A DNA stretch of 63,897 bases, filler included, from Barthelona sp. PAP020 (GCA_040182905.1; 4 parts of 4 records of this genome joined end to end with filler, not necessarily neighbours in it), one strand, 5' to 3'. Counted from the whole stretch's first letter, positions 1 to 10,901 are shown. A program made the numbers and translations. Notes: generated by a model not told the origin, from the sequence alone.

Positions 1-64
1 CTAAGCTATGGGAACTTTTGAAAGAATAGGAACCTGTGCTGAGTGAAGTTTATTTGGTTAGGAA

Positions 65-150
65 CAATGGGCCTCGAAAGCCTTTAACCAAATAAACACA
101 ATTCTTTTTTATTCACTCATACGCACAGTGCTTCTTGGCTTGGAAATAAT
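65..150 (+). repeat. Dispersed repeat family A, copy 1 (short)
   Basis: gggcctcgaaagcctttaaccaaataaac...ttattcactcatacgcacagtgcttcttggcttggaaataat matches the reverse complements at 36562-36657 and 39703-39904 and the plus copy near 63262-63443. Confidence 0.9.
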
Positions 151-215
151 AAAGAGGTCATCAAATATCACTTCCATTATTTGTTGTTTCTTGACCATCT
201 TTAGGTCCAATTTTT

Positions 216-317
216 TAAGTTACTTGGGCATCTGAATCCATGTGAGTTCTTCCCAAACCTTAAGCTAACTCGTTTCGTTGTTCACTGAACAACTCTGACC
301 TCATAAATATCCAATAA
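216..317 (+). repeat. Dispersed repeat family B, copy 1; contains the 17-bp palindrome GTTGTTCA-C-TGAACAAC (277-293)
   Basis: Near-identical reverse complement at 15981-16082. Confidence 0.9.
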
Positions 318-424
318 AAAACTCATTCTGGCAAAGTTCGGTTAAAACTTTAGGTAGAATTGAGGGACTGAAATGTAATATGAACAGTAAAAAGGAGAAT
401 TTCTCCGAAATTCTTCATACTTAT

Positions 425-545
425 TATTTTGAATTTTTGCAAAAGCAAAATTCTAAAGTGTTTCAACAAATCAATCGGGCATCGAAAGCTTTTAACCAAA
501 AAAGCATTGCTTTGCTATTAATTCATAGACTTATTGTTTTTATTT
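425..545 (+). repeat. Dispersed repeat family A, degenerate copy 2
   Basis: ttttgaatttttgcaaaagcaaaatt...tttcaacaaatcaatcgggcatcgaaagcttttaaccaaa aligns, with an internal deletion, to the reverse complement of 39760-39865. Confidence 0.7.
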
Positions 546-709
546 AGAAATTCAGGGCACTATTTTAAAATTTTAGCATATGATCTGAAAATTTTTTAAT
601 TCAAACATTTACTCACTCTTTAATGTTTCTATAGCCACAATATGCAACAAAAAATTTTTATTAATAAATGAAAAGAAGAAAAAGAAACGAATAAACAATA
701 TATTTATAA

Positions 710-1654
710 TTAAACAACATTTTTAAAACGATCAGCAACAGAACGATAAGAAGCAGATGCAAATTTCTTATATATAGGTGCCAACGTTCTTGATCCTGAA
801 GAAGCTCTGCCCAATAAAATTCTTAATCTTTCAACACCTTGTGAAAGTGTAGAATCTGTAATATCTATTCCATTTGAATAATGGCGAAGGTTATTTGTCC
901 ACGCAGGCCTATTGTTTAATTCATTTGAAATGTATATGGCAGCAGCAGCAACTTGAGAAGGGTACATATTCAATAAACGATGATCTACCAATGATAAATT
1001 GATCAAATAGTGGGATAAATATTTAGTCGTGCTGTCAGCAGAATCTCCACGAGTAAAACGACGAAGGAATGTGTGTGCAGAAGGAACGTAAACATCATAA
1101 TCGAGATCACGTAAAATAGATCTTTCCATAGCAAGTAGTTCTTCTCTAGTAAAAGAATTTGCAGCAATTTTCACATATTCACGAGATGCAGGCGTTCTTC
1201 TTTCTTCAATTTTAGCTGAAATGAATAAAGCAGCAGTTCCAACTAATTGAAGCTTTCTGATCAAAACTAAATTTTTGGAAAGATATCTGTCAACATAATT
1301 AACAGCTCTAAAGATTGTCTCAGGTGAATGTCTAAATTTGTATGAACATTCAATCATCCAACTGATTAAAATAGCTCTTTGACTTCCAGTTACTTCAGAT
1401 TGTTTCTCTAAATAATTGACATCCCACATGTATTTCTTTTCCATGTCAAAATTAAATTCATAAATTTCAGCAGCATATTCTGGAACAATTAAAGGATTTT
1501 CTTTTTGAGCAGCATCGATATCAAAGAAATCCACAGAATCATATGTAGAATCTGTTGAAAAATTGACAGAATTGAATGTTCCAAATGAATTCTTAATTCT
1601 GTTGTTGTTAACATTTGAAATGTTTGCTAAACCAAGTATTCCTGTTTCAGACAT
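710..1654 (-). CDS. A/B-type (mitotic-like) cyclin
   Basis: Cyclin box: RAILISWMIE, ETIFRAVNYVDRYLS, KLQLVGTAALFISAKIEE, ELLAMERSILRDLDY; C-terminal cyclin domain with PSQVAAAAIY and IYKKFAS. First ATG is at 1654 (the ORF track starts at a TTG). Confidence 0.93.
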   Translation of the reverse strand: MSETGILGLANISNVNNNRIKNSFGTFNSVNFSTDSTYDSVDFFDIDAAQKENPLIVPEYAAEIYEFNFDMEKKYMWDVNYLEKQSEVTGSQRAILISWMIECSYKFRHSPETIFRAVNYVDRYLSKNLVLIRKLQLVGTAALFISAKIEERRTPASREYVKIAANSFTREELLAMERSILRDLDYDVYVPSAHTFLRRFTRGDSADSTTKYLSHYLINLSLVDHRLLNMYPSQVAAAAIYISNELNNRPAWTNNLRHYSNGIDITDSTLSQGVERLRILLGRASSGSRTLAPIYKKFASASYRSVADRFKNVV

Positions 1655-1912
1655 TACAAGTATCAGAGACAAAAAATGAAAATGAAGTTTGATTTAATTA
1701 AAATTGAGGCGCAATTTTTGAACTTTGTTTTGATATTTTAATTTGATTTTAATACTCTTTGATTGTATTATTATAAATTGTTGTGTCAACACATTATAAC
1801 TGAAGAGCGAAAACTTTGAAAAAAAGATTGTTATTGTTTTTAATCATCATTTGTTACCAAAAATAAAACAAACAAAAACAAGACTAATTATTTATTTGAA
1901 TACTTAAATCAA

Positions 1913-4246
1913 TTATTCACAGAAAGAAAACACGGAAGAAGGATTATTTTCAAAAGGTTCCATTGCCTGATGACCAAGGTTTAATAAGACATCATTTTGC
2001 TTTAAACACTTTGCGAACATTCTTATTGGAATTTCCAGTTCAGTTTCTTGTTCATCTGCAATTTGTTCAATAAATTCATTCATGTGTTGCCACAAAAAGA
2101 ATACGGAAGAATCTTGAACTGCTGCTTTTTTGGCAAAATCAACAATTCCTGCGATTTTTGGCAGTATAGAAGAATTCTTTTTGTGAACAAATCCAATTCC
2201 AGAACAAGAAACAAAACTTTGCACATAATCATCAACAACATAATCTCTTACATCAATGATATCAACAACATTACCATATAAATGAGGAAAAGATGCTTTG
2301 TGATCAATTAACAGCACATTTGTTTTTGCTTGACATTTAAATTGCACTAAAACGTTATCAGATTGTTTGATGACATCAATGTATGTCAATAAATCACATG
2401 GAATTAAAGTTAAAGGAAAGAATATTGAATCATCAGGTAAAAGCCAATAAGACACAATTCTTATACTAACCAGGAGACGTTGTAACATCAGCAAAGGGGA
2501 ATTAGAATTTAAATATTGTTTTTTAGCTTGTAAAGGTTGAATTGTGTTATGAAAGAGTTCAGCAAAATAATCAAGTTCAGCATTTAATTCATTTTTGCTG
2601 ACAAAACTAAATTTCTCATAATCAGTCTCAAAATATAAATTGCTTTTGTTAAAAACAGCTTTTGGAAATGGTCCCCTCTTAAATTTGTGCCAAATAGCTT
2701 GACTTAATTTATCTTCTTTTTCAAAAATTTTTGTTATGCCCAACATCAAGGAAATCATCTTGATTTCTTCAACTGAATATTGATTCTTAATCATCGCTTG
2801 CCATTCATCTGGCAGATCATCAAAAGCTTGTTCAGCTGTAATATATCCATATGACTCAAAAAGAGCATTTCTAGTCGAAGATAAACAAATGGATACAATT
2901 CCCTCAATATTATAAGGAATCCACTCATCAGGAAAATACATCTTTAATTCATTAGCAACATTTCCATTGAACGATGAATTAATTTTGGCAAGGTCAGTTT
3001 CAATTTGAGCAATGGAACCTTCAAGTAAATCAATTTGTCCTTGAATATATGGAAGAGTTAACTGTAAATCAGGTTTCTTTATTATTTTTTCAAAAACTTG
3101 CTCCAATTTGAATTTTTTTTCTAATAGAAGCTTCATTTGAAGTAACAATGCTTTAAATTCAGTGAATGGATGTGCATCATACCTAATTGAATACAAATCA
3201 GGTTTATCCGGAATTTCAATCAAATTCTCCCAGTCTTTATCCACTCTATCACCCAGACAAAAATCATATTCACATGGTGACATTGCAAATATTTTAAATA
3301 TCGCTTTAACATATCCTGGTTCACCTTCCTTATCCAATAAATACCCAAAAGGACACCTTAATCTCCTCAAAAGATGAAATCTCCGTCTTGTTTCAATATC
3401 TAACATTTCAATATCCTCAGGAACAATGCTCAAAAAAATTTTGTCAAAAGGATTGTCTGAAATTGAAAAACCGTATTGCAACAATAATTCTTCATTACTT
3501 TTTGTACCATAATTCAGGAAAATATCTGTTCCAATCTCAACTGGTGAATCTGCACTAATTTGAAAATGTTGTTCACGATAATTAACAATCCAGTGTCGAT
3601 CACAACGATGGTCATGATTTAGTAGGTCAATAACAGGAACTAATGTTTGAAAATTCTCAACAGGATGAGGTAACAAAAAACTCCGACTATAAATGTTGGC
3701 AAACGCCCAGTATAAATTGGAGATGGTAAAATAATCTCTCCAATTATTTTTCAATAAATGTTCATTGTTTCTTTCAATTTTTTGATAAAATATTTCAGGT
3801 AATTTGGAGAAAAATTGATCCAAATCTTTTTTATGAGAGTCAATAAAACGGTTAATTGGAGTTCCTTTAAATAATTTCATAGTTTCTTCATCCCAAAAAA
3901 AAGGTACTGGTGGTGGATTCGGCAATATCCTTAAATAAGGTGACCACTTTGAATTCTTTAAACCTAATTGCAATAAAATGTATAAAGATAAAATTCGATC
4001 CATTTTTATTTCATGAACATTTTTCAAAAACAAAAAACAATCGGAAAAATTCTCGTCTTTCAATGCCGCTTCGGAACTTAATAAATATTCATATTTTAAT
4101 GTAATTATTGGTTGATTTACATCAATTTTTTCCCTAGCTTTTCCCCCATATCCAGTAACTTCATCGTATGAAAATTCAACACCTGGAAAATCAGCAACTT
4201 CCTTTGCCCATTCAAGAAACTCCAAATATTTCAGTTCAGTAGTCAT
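1913..4246 (-). CDS. SET-domain protein-lysine methyltransferase, Rubisco-LSMT/SETD3-like, with a long C-terminal extension
   Basis: GYGGKA, SKWSPYLRILP, WAFANIYSRSF, LVPVIDLLNHD, DIFLNYGTKSNEELLLQYGF. Start probably ATG 4246; an in-frame ATG also exists at 4303. Confidence 0.88.
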   Translation of the reverse strand: MTTELKYLEFLEWAKEVADFPGVEFSYDEVTGYGGKAREKIDVNQPIITLKYEYLLSSEAALKDENFSDCFLFLKNVHEIKMDRILSLYILLQLGLKNSKWSPYLRILPNPPPVPFFWDEETMKLFKGTPINRFIDSHKKDLDQFFSKLPEIFYQKIERNNEHLLKNNWRDYFTISNLYWAFANIYSRSFLLPHPVENFQTLVPVIDLLNHDHRCDRHWIVNYREQHFQISADSPVEIGTDIFLNYGTKSNEELLLQYGFSISDNPFDKIFLSIVPEDIEMLDIETRRRFHLLRRLRCPFGYLLDKEGEPGYVKAIFKIFAMSPCEYDFCLGDRVDKDWENLIEIPDKPDLYSIRYDAHPFTEFKALLLQMKLLLEKKFKLEQVFEKIIKKPDLQLTLPYIQGQIDLLEGSIAQIETDLAKINSSFNGNVANELKMYFPDEWIPYNIEGIVSICLSSTRNALFESYGYITAEQAFDDLPDEWQAMIKNQYSVEEIKMISLMLGITKIFEKEDKLSQAIWHKFKRGPFPKAVFNKSNLYFETDYEKFSFVSKNELNAELDYFAELFHNTIQPLQAKKQYLNSNSPLLMLQRLLVSIRIVSYWLLPDDSIFFPLTLIPCDLLTYIDVIKQSDNVLVQFKCQAKTNVLLIDHKASFPHLYGNVVDIIDVRDYVVDDYVQSFVSCSGIGFVHKKNSSILPKIAGIVDFAKKAAVQDSSVFFLWQHMNEFIEQIADEQETELEIPIRMFAKCLKQNDVLLNLGHQAMEPFENNPSSVFSFCE

Positions 4247-4376
4247 ATTTAAAAGAGAATAAAAATAAAAAAGGCAAGAAAATTTGGATATTTTTTTTTG
4301 CATTCATTTATTCACAATAAGAAGAGAAACGTTTAAAGTTCACAATATTAACAATAAAAAAAACGACACCTCCTCC

Positions 4377-5177
4377 TCATGTAATATCATTGAAGGTGGA
4401 TTCAAAAACATGCAAAATATCCTGATTTCTTGACGTGTCATAAATAGCGAATACAATTTTTTCAAAATAACCCATAAAATGTTCTTGAATTACTTCTTTA
4501 AACAATCTAGCAACCATTTCAGGTGGATTTTTAAAAGCTCCACAACCGAATGCTCCCAATATTATTACATCATGTTCTTTATGTGCACCAATCGTCAAAA
4601 TGTTTGAAATTCTTTGTTTCATTGTTCTTTCTACTTTATCCACATTCAAGCGTTGATTTTTTTTAATTGCTGCATAATTTGGTGCTGCTGTTGTAATAAA
4701 TGAAACTTTGTAGGGGTTATCCAATAAATCCCCATTATCTCTCCGAAAAACAATAGTGTCTGGTGAATATATCAGCCTATGTGTATACAATGCATTATTA
4801 AGTGATCTATGATGGTCATAAAATTGAGTCTGTGTTAACAAACTTAAATATAAAGCAGATGAACGGGCCAAACTTTCTTCCTGAGATGAACTACCCCCTA
4901 AAAATCCACCTCCAGGATTTGTTGCACTTGCAAAATTTAAAACTGCACTACCAGGATACATTTCAGCTGCTTCTAATGTTGAACAGGGAACAATTTCTAC
5001 ATTAGTTCTTTTTCCAGAAACAGGCAAATGCAATCTTTTGAATGAATTCGGCGAAAACATCTCTGTGTTTTCTTCTGTATAATCAATTTCTTTTTCTATT
5101 GAAATACCATCATATTGTTTGTCTTTCAGAATTTTTAATGTGTCTTCTGCAATCAATTTTCTTTGTTTTCGATCCAT
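4377..5177 (-). CDS. Bacterial-type poly(ADP-ribose) glycohydrolase (TIGR02452/DUF2263 macrodomain family)
   Basis: VLNFASATNPGGGFLGGSSSQEESLARSSAL (GGG-x6-QEE catalytic motif), IYSP, FITTAAPN, IILGAFGCGAFKNPP, KIVFAIYD. Confidence 0.9.
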   Translation of the reverse strand: MDRKQRKLIAEDTLKILKDKQYDGISIEKEIDYTEENTEMFSPNSFKRLHLPVSGKRTNVEIVPCSTLEAAEMYPGSAVLNFASATNPGGGFLGGSSSQEESLARSSALYLSLLTQTQFYDHHRSLNNALYTHRLIYSPDTIVFRRDNGDLLDNPYKVSFITTAAPNYAAIKKNQRLNVDKVERTMKQRISNILTIGAHKEHDVIILGAFGCGAFKNPPEMVARLFKEVIQEHFMGYFEKIVFAIYDTSRNQDILHVFESTFNDIT

Positions 5178-5379
5178 TATTCAATTGAAAACGATTAATT
5201 CAATAAAACACCTAAAAAATAATTTTAACAATTAAAAGACCATTTTTCAATTTTGAAGAAATACAATATTAATTGTGCTATTATATAAAAAATTGTTTGA
5301 AAAATTGAAATTAAAATAAATAGCAATAAGTGATTTGCAAAGATTGTGTCTAAGCTTTTTTTTCTTGTGTTCTGCACAA

Positions 5380-8300
5380 ATGAATTTACCCCTAATATTG
5401 ATATGTGTTTTTTTGTTAAGTTTTTTGAGTTTAATAAGTTGCAATACATTTGATTTTGGTGTACGAACTGAATTCAAAGAAATTGATCCAAAATGTGAAA
5501 TATACACCTTTTTAAACAGCCATAATGAAAGTTTATTAAATGAAGTATATCCTTTATTCTTTCATTTGAATCCCATTGATTTGTATGAAAAAATTTGTAC
5601 TCATTTGAATTCAATTGAAATCGGATTATTAGACACATATCTCAGGTTACGTGAAAGTGTACCAAAGTGTCAATTTTATAAAAATGAATTTACTAAAAAA
5701 GATCTTAAAACAAATGTTGTTTATGAAGGGTTTGTTTATATTGATTTTAAAAAATTCATTGCTAATTCAAAGAATTCATACACTATTATTCCTGTGGGTG
5801 ATATTGATTATAATGATGATTTTGTATATTATCCCAGTTATTCTGTTGAGTTATTCAGAAAAGGTAATGATTACAAAGCTGATGATAGTATAGAGTTAAA
5901 ACCTTTGACAAATGCACCCAAATGGAGTGCTGGTGAATTTTTTGAAGAAGAAAATAATAATGGTGAGTTAGCTGATCCCTCGGTTGAGAATCATTTCAAG
6001 GTTTTAGCAGATTATTCGTGTTTATTAGAAAAGTTAGATGATAAGGTGGTCATTGATGCAATCAATAATCCACTTTTAAATCTTAAAAGAAGTAACAATC
6101 AATGTACTGGAAAATATAGGCTTGATAGAATTGATACTATCAAGCAATTTTATAATTTTGGAACTTTTGTTCAAGTTGGTTCGAAAAGAATAGATTCAAG
6201 AGCATTTTCTCCTTCCAAATTATATAACCATTTGAATAGCAGATTAAAATTGTTGAATGAATTGAATAAATATTTAAATGTTTCAAATCTTGATTTTAAG
6301 ACTTTTAAATTTCAATCAAAAGGTATGTATGTTGATTTTGATCGAGATTCGATTATTTGGTTGAATGATGCAAAAGCCATCAAAGGTTTAAGCAGCAATT
6401 TGAATGAATTAAAGATTCAACCTACCAATCAAAGGCCAATTCATTATGTGAATGAAAATTATTTGAATGTTGTTTTGATTATTAAAGATGAATCTGATAT
6501 ACTTCCTGCATTGTTTGAATTAAGTAATCAATATGCTCAATACAGGGTTCCAATTAGATTAGGAGTAATGTTCAGTGGAGTAAATAAATTAGGTGAAGCT
6601 TTATTGAAAATGGATCTTGAAACTATTAGTACTGTGCTCAAGGTATCATTTAATCAATGGGAAGCAAATAATAAATTTCGCCCTGGCTCTAAAGATTATT
6701 TTAGAAGCAGAGCGAAAGCATTCGCTTTGAAAAATATTCAACATAATATAATGGATGGAAATGTTGAAGGAATGAAAGAAAGAATGTTAGAAACATCTAG
6801 AGATATTTTTGAAGAAATTGATCCAAATAAGCCTGTTTTATTGGTTAATGATAGAATTATTAGTTTTGACGGTGCAATTACCATTGATAATTTGGGAACA
6901 GAAATTTGGTATGCTGTTCGAAGTGAAGTGAACAGACTTTCCAAGTTGCTTGGCCCTATGCCAAAATTTACAGAAGAAAACAGACCAACTGATTTTTATC
7001 AATATATCAGGAGTGTTGATGGGGAGCATCGAGTTAAAAACCCATCTTTGAGTATCATTGGAAATGAGTTGAACATTGAAATAGAATTGCCCAATAATAT
7101 GGTATGTCATGATTCTAAAAGTTTTGATCGGGCCTTCGTGTTCCTTGCTGATATGTCAGATACTAAAAATCAGGAAACTTTTGGTATTCTTCAACGCATT
7201 TTTGCAAAACACAATATTTCTACGGTTGTTGGATCCACAAAGGCACATAAAAGTTATCCACATGTTTTGATTGGAGTTACACAACCTATTTTATGTGTTG
7301 CGTCCTCTTGTTTTATTTTGCCTTCGGAGATTACTCAAAAGAGTGTTGAATATTTTATTCAAATAAATCAACAGCCACTTCTATTTTGGAAACAATTAAG
7401 TAGTTTACCAGCTAACAAAAAAGTGTTTGTTTTGAATCGGATTCCTTCTCTTATATCTCCAAATTATGGTGATTTCCCCAAAGGGTTGACCCGATATTTG
7501 TCAAAAGAAAACTATATTTTTGAAATAACAGGTGTTATTGACCCTTTTTCGAAAATGGGAGTTCATATATTAAATGTTTTAAGTTTTTTCAAGAATTCTT
7601 TACCTATTAGAGTTAGAATTGGTTTGTCGTTTGGTGAAGATATTACTTTTGCAATGTATGGTTATGCAGAACCGGCTTCTGTGGCTTCTATTTTATCAAG
7701 TAATTCAAAGAGTCTTATTCATATATCATCTGTTCCGACAAATGTATTATTTACTCTCAATTTAGCCATTCCCAATTCTTTGATGGTTCATTCTACTTAT
7801 GAATCTTTTGATCTTGACAATATTTATTTTTCCAAAGACACAACCAGGATAATTGGTGAATACTCTATTCATTCTATTACCATTCAAGGTCATGTTTTTG
7901 AAAAGAATGGTCAAGGTTTTGGTAAACCAGTTGCTTTTAATTTGTTATCATCCTCTTTAAAACATGATAGTACTTTATCAATGCAAAAGTTTGGATACTT
8001 TCAATTGAAGGGAGATTTTGGAATAAACAAATTAATAATCGACACTGAAGGTCAAAAAAAATTGATGGACGATGAAAGAGAAATTTTGAATATTGTTCAT
8101 TTGTCTGAGGAAGAAACTATCATGTATGGTTTGATGAATTTGGATGAAATACACAGTTTATTTCAACAAAATCCAAATGAACGAATTATTAATGAAATTT
8201 TTATGGACAGTTGGGATGGTTCAATTGTTGCCGTAAATGTTAATCGCAAGCCATCTTCTTTTTTGAACAAATTTTTCAAAAAATCTGATGATAAGCATGA

Positions 8301-9186
8301 TAACACCATTCATGTATTTTCTTTGGCATCTGGCCACTTGTATGAGCGTTTTATTCGTGCTATGGTTATCAGTGTTAAAAATAATACCGAACGTCCAACA
8401 CATTTTTATTTTTTGGACAATTATGCATCTGCTGAGTTTCGAATTCTAATTGATCATCTTTCAAAAAAAGTGGGCTTTGAATATACCATGTTATCATATC
8501 AATGGCCATTATTTGTAAATCCTCAAAGGGAAAAACACCGTATCATGTGGGCATACAAGATTCTTTTCTTGGATGTTTTGTTTCCAATGTCTGTTGATCG
8601 TGCTATTTTTGTTGATGCAGATCAAACAATGAGGAGTGATTTGGGCTCTTTGATGGATTTGAATCTTAATGATAAAGTGTACGGATTCACTCCTTTCTGT
8701 TCATCTAAAAAAGAAATGACAACTTATCGATTCTGGGAATCTAAATCAGGCTATTGGTATCGTCATTTACAAGGAAAACCATATCATATCAGTGCTCTCT
8801 TTGTGACTGATCTCAAATTGTTCAGGAAGAGAGGTACTGGTGACCAATTAAGAGCTATTTATGAAAATTTATCAAAAGATAAAAATTCTTTGAGCAATTT
8901 GGATCAAGATTTGCCTAATTATGCTCAACATCAAATACCCATCTTTAGTTTACCTCAAGAGTGGCTTTGGTGTCAAACTTGGTGTTCAGATGAACAGAAA
9001 GCAGCAGCCAAAGTCATTGACTTGTGCAATAATCCAAAAACAAAGTTGCACAAATTACAACAAGCCTATTCTTTTGTTCCTGAATGGGCTTCTTATGATG
9101 AATATGCCAGAACTTTGGAAGCAGAATTGCGAAACAAATTAAATGATGATTCAGCTTCTAAAAAACTTATTCATGATGAGTTATAA
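5380..9186 (+). CDS. UGGT: UDP-glucose:glycoprotein glucosyltransferase
   Basis: Signal peptide; C-terminal GT24 domain (FSLASGHLYERF, WAYKILFLDVLFP, FVDADQ, PYHISAL, SLSNLDQDLPN, LPQEWLWCQTWC, IDLCNNP); ER-retention signal HDEL. Confidence 0.96.
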   Translation: MNLPLILICVFLLSFLSLISCNTFDFGVRTEFKEIDPKCEIYTFLNSHNESLLNEVYPLFFHLNPIDLYEKICTHLNSIEIGLLDTYLRLRESVPKCQFYKNEFTKKDLKTNVVYEGFVYIDFKKFIANSKNSYTIIPVGDIDYNDDFVYYPSYSVELFRKGNDYKADDSIELKPLTNAPKWSAGEFFEEENNNGELADPSVENHFKVLADYSCLLEKLDDKVVIDAINNPLLNLKRSNNQCTGKYRLDRIDTIKQFYNFGTFVQVGSKRIDSRAFSPSKLYNHLNSRLKLLNELNKYLNVSNLDFKTFKFQSKGMYVDFDRDSIIWLNDAKAIKGLSSNLNELKIQPTNQRPIHYVNENYLNVVLIIKDESDILPALFELSNQYAQYRVPIRLGVMFSGVNKLGEALLKMDLETISTVLKVSFNQWEANNKFRPGSKDYFRSRAKAFALKNIQHNIMDGNVEGMKERMLETSRDIFEEIDPNKPVLLVNDRIISFDGAITIDNLGTEIWYAVRSEVNRLSKLLGPMPKFTEENRPTDFYQYIRSVDGEHRVKNPSLSIIGNELNIEIELPNNMVCHDSKSFDRAFVFLADMSDTKNQETFGILQRIFAKHNISTVVGSTKAHKSYPHVLIGVTQPILCVASSCFILPSEITQKSVEYFIQINQQPLLFWKQLSSLPANKKVFVLNRIPSLISPNYGDFPKGLTRYLSKENYIFEITGVIDPFSKMGVHILNVLSFFKNSLPIRVRIGLSFGEDITFAMYGYAEPASVASILSSNSKSLIHISSVPTNVLFTLNLAIPNSLMVHSTYESFDLDNIYFSKDTTRIIGEYSIHSITIQGHVFEKNGQGFGKPVAFNLLSSSLKHDSTLSMQKFGYFQLKGDFGINKLIIDTEGQKKLMDDEREILNIVHLSEEETIMYGLMNLDEIHSLFQQNPNERIINEIFMDSWDGSIVAVNVNRKPSSFLNKFFKKSDDKHDNTIHVFSLASGHLYERFIRAMVISVKNNTERPTHFYFLDNYASAEFRILIDHLSKKVGFEYTMLSYQWPLFVNPQREKHRIMWAYKILFLDVLFPMSVDRAIFVDADQTMRSDLGSLMDLNLNDKVYGFTPFCSSKKEMTTYRFWESKSGYWYRHLQGKPYHISALFVTDLKLFRKRGTGDQLRAIYENLSKDKNSLSNLDQDLPNYAQHQIPIFSLPQEWLWCQTWCSDEQKAAAKVIDLCNNPKTKLHKLQQAYSFVPEWASYDEYARTLEAELRNKLNDDSASKKLIHDEL

Positions 9187-9437
9187 AAAGTTTGTGTTCT
9201 TTTTCAATTCTATTTTGTTTCTATAAATAAATGTTTTATCTCTTTTTTATACACATATGTTGCAACAAGATTGGTTTTGAAGAAAAAATACTTTTAAGAA
9301 TTACTCTCTTTTCTTTCAATTCTATATTTCAAACATTCAACCTTGATAATTTTTTATGAGTTTGCGAACTTTTTTTGTTGAAATTGAAAAAATTTTGTTG
9401 AAAAAAAATTTGCCTGCACTTTGTTTCCATTTCTTAA

Positions 9438-10166
9438 ATGGTGAATAATTATTCATCTTTGATTAATTATGCTGTTGAGCAAAATTTAATACCAACAAAT
9501 TCACCAAAAGACTGTAGTATCAAAAATGCTTCAATTTTGTTAAATGTCTTGCAAAAAACGTTTCAGGATTTGCCAATCATCAGTTTAACCGATTTGGTTG
9601 AAGAAGATGAAGATACTATTGATTCTTTAAAGCGATATTTACAAAAAAAAACATCTGTTGAAAGAGCTTTTGAGCAAGATGATTTAAATGGATATTTAAC
9701 TCCTGTGAAAACTAATTCAACAACATTATTGCAAAAAGAAACAGAAATTCAACAATTAAATCAGCAAATATTTAATACTCATCAAGAAATGGCTAAAAAA
9801 AAAGAGCAAGTTGAATTATTTATTAAACGGAATGATATATTAAAAGAAGCTTTGGAAAAGAAAAACAATGAAATAGAAACACTGAATCAAAAATATGATT
9901 TGGTAAACAAAGAATTATCAATGTTTGAGACATCTTTTGAAGAAAAAGAAAGAAATGAAACTGAAACTGATGGTAAAATAGTAATGATGCAATTAGCAAA
10001 GGAACGAACAATATATATGGAGAACATGAAATTGGAATCTGATATTAACACAAAAAATTCAAGAATATTTGTCAATTTAATGGTCTTATTATGTTTGATT
10101 TTGTGGTTTTTTGTTGAAATTTCTGTTCAATTGTTGAAAGGAAAGGGAAAGTGGATATCTTTTTAG
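9438..10166 (+). CDS. Coiled-coil protein with a C-terminal transmembrane helix (tail-anchored), function unknown
   Basis: 242 aa; heptad-rich E/K/Q segment followed by the hydrophobic IFVNLMVLLCLILWFFVEI near the C-terminus. Confidence 0.7.
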   Translation: MVNNYSSLINYAVEQNLIPTNSPKDCSIKNASILLNVLQKTFQDLPIISLTDLVEEDEDTIDSLKRYLQKKTSVERAFEQDDLNGYLTPVKTNSTTLLQKETEIQQLNQQIFNTHQEMAKKKEQVELFIKRNDILKEALEKKNNEIETLNQKYDLVNKELSMFETSFEEKERNETETDGKIVMMQLAKERTIYMENMKLESDINTKNSRIFVNLMVLLCLILWFFVEISVQLLKGKGKWISF

Positions 10167-10271
10167 TTTGTTATTTTATTTGAAATTGCAAAAGTACAAT
10201 CTCAAATTTGAAATGGAAAAAGCTCAAAATAGCCTATATTCTTTCAAATAATAATAAATTTTACAAATTTC

Positions 10272-10901
10272 TCACATAATAGAACAACAAATACCATGAA
10301 TACCACCAGAACGAGAACTCTCATTGTTTTGTTTATCAGTATTGATTTCAACATCAATATCTTTGAAACATATTTCCGTAAAAATAGCATCCAATAACTT
10401 TTCCAAATTATATTTTAGAGAAGAATTTACGTAGATTTGTGATTTTACATTCAGTTTTGACATCTTATGTTTTTTATTCTCTTTGTTTGGAACCTTTTCA
10501 ACGTCTATTTGAGATTCGTTTGGTTCGCTTTTTGTTACAGCAATTATTACTGGCAATGTCTTTGAAATGAGATGATTTTCCATAAAATCATAATATTCAC
10601 GTAATATTGAAAAATTACTGTTTATATCTTTTGAATTGGTTGTGAAAATGAATAAATCAGCCGGACAACAACTTTCCATTGCAATTTCAAAAAATCTCTT
10701 CGTTCCTGGAAGATCCACAAAATGTAAATTAAACATACTATTATCATAATCAAAAATTTTAGATTCCATTTTTGCCATAACAGTGGTGTAATATTGTTTA
10801 GATAATGGAAAATCTAACAAAGCATTCTTTAAACAAGTTTTTCCACTTGATGGTTCTCCAATTAACCATATAGTCACATCCTTTGGAATTGTGTTTTCCA
10901 T
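10272..10901 (-). CDS. Divergent Ras-superfamily small GTPase with CaaX box
   Basis: G1 GEPSSGKT, G2 YYTT, G3 DLPG, G4 TKSE, G5 SSL, C-terminal CCSIM; likely ATG 10901. Confidence 0.82.
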   Translation of the reverse strand: MENTIPKDVTIWLIGEPSSGKTCLKNALLDFPLSKQYYTTVMAKMESKIFDYDNSMFNLHFVDLPGTKRFFEIAMESCCPADLFIFTTNSKDINSNFSILREYYDFMENHLISKTLPVIIAVTKSEPNESQIDVEKVPNKENKKHKMSKLNVKSQIYVNSSLKYNLEKLLDAIFTEICFKDIDVEINTDKQNNESSRSGGIHGICCSIM

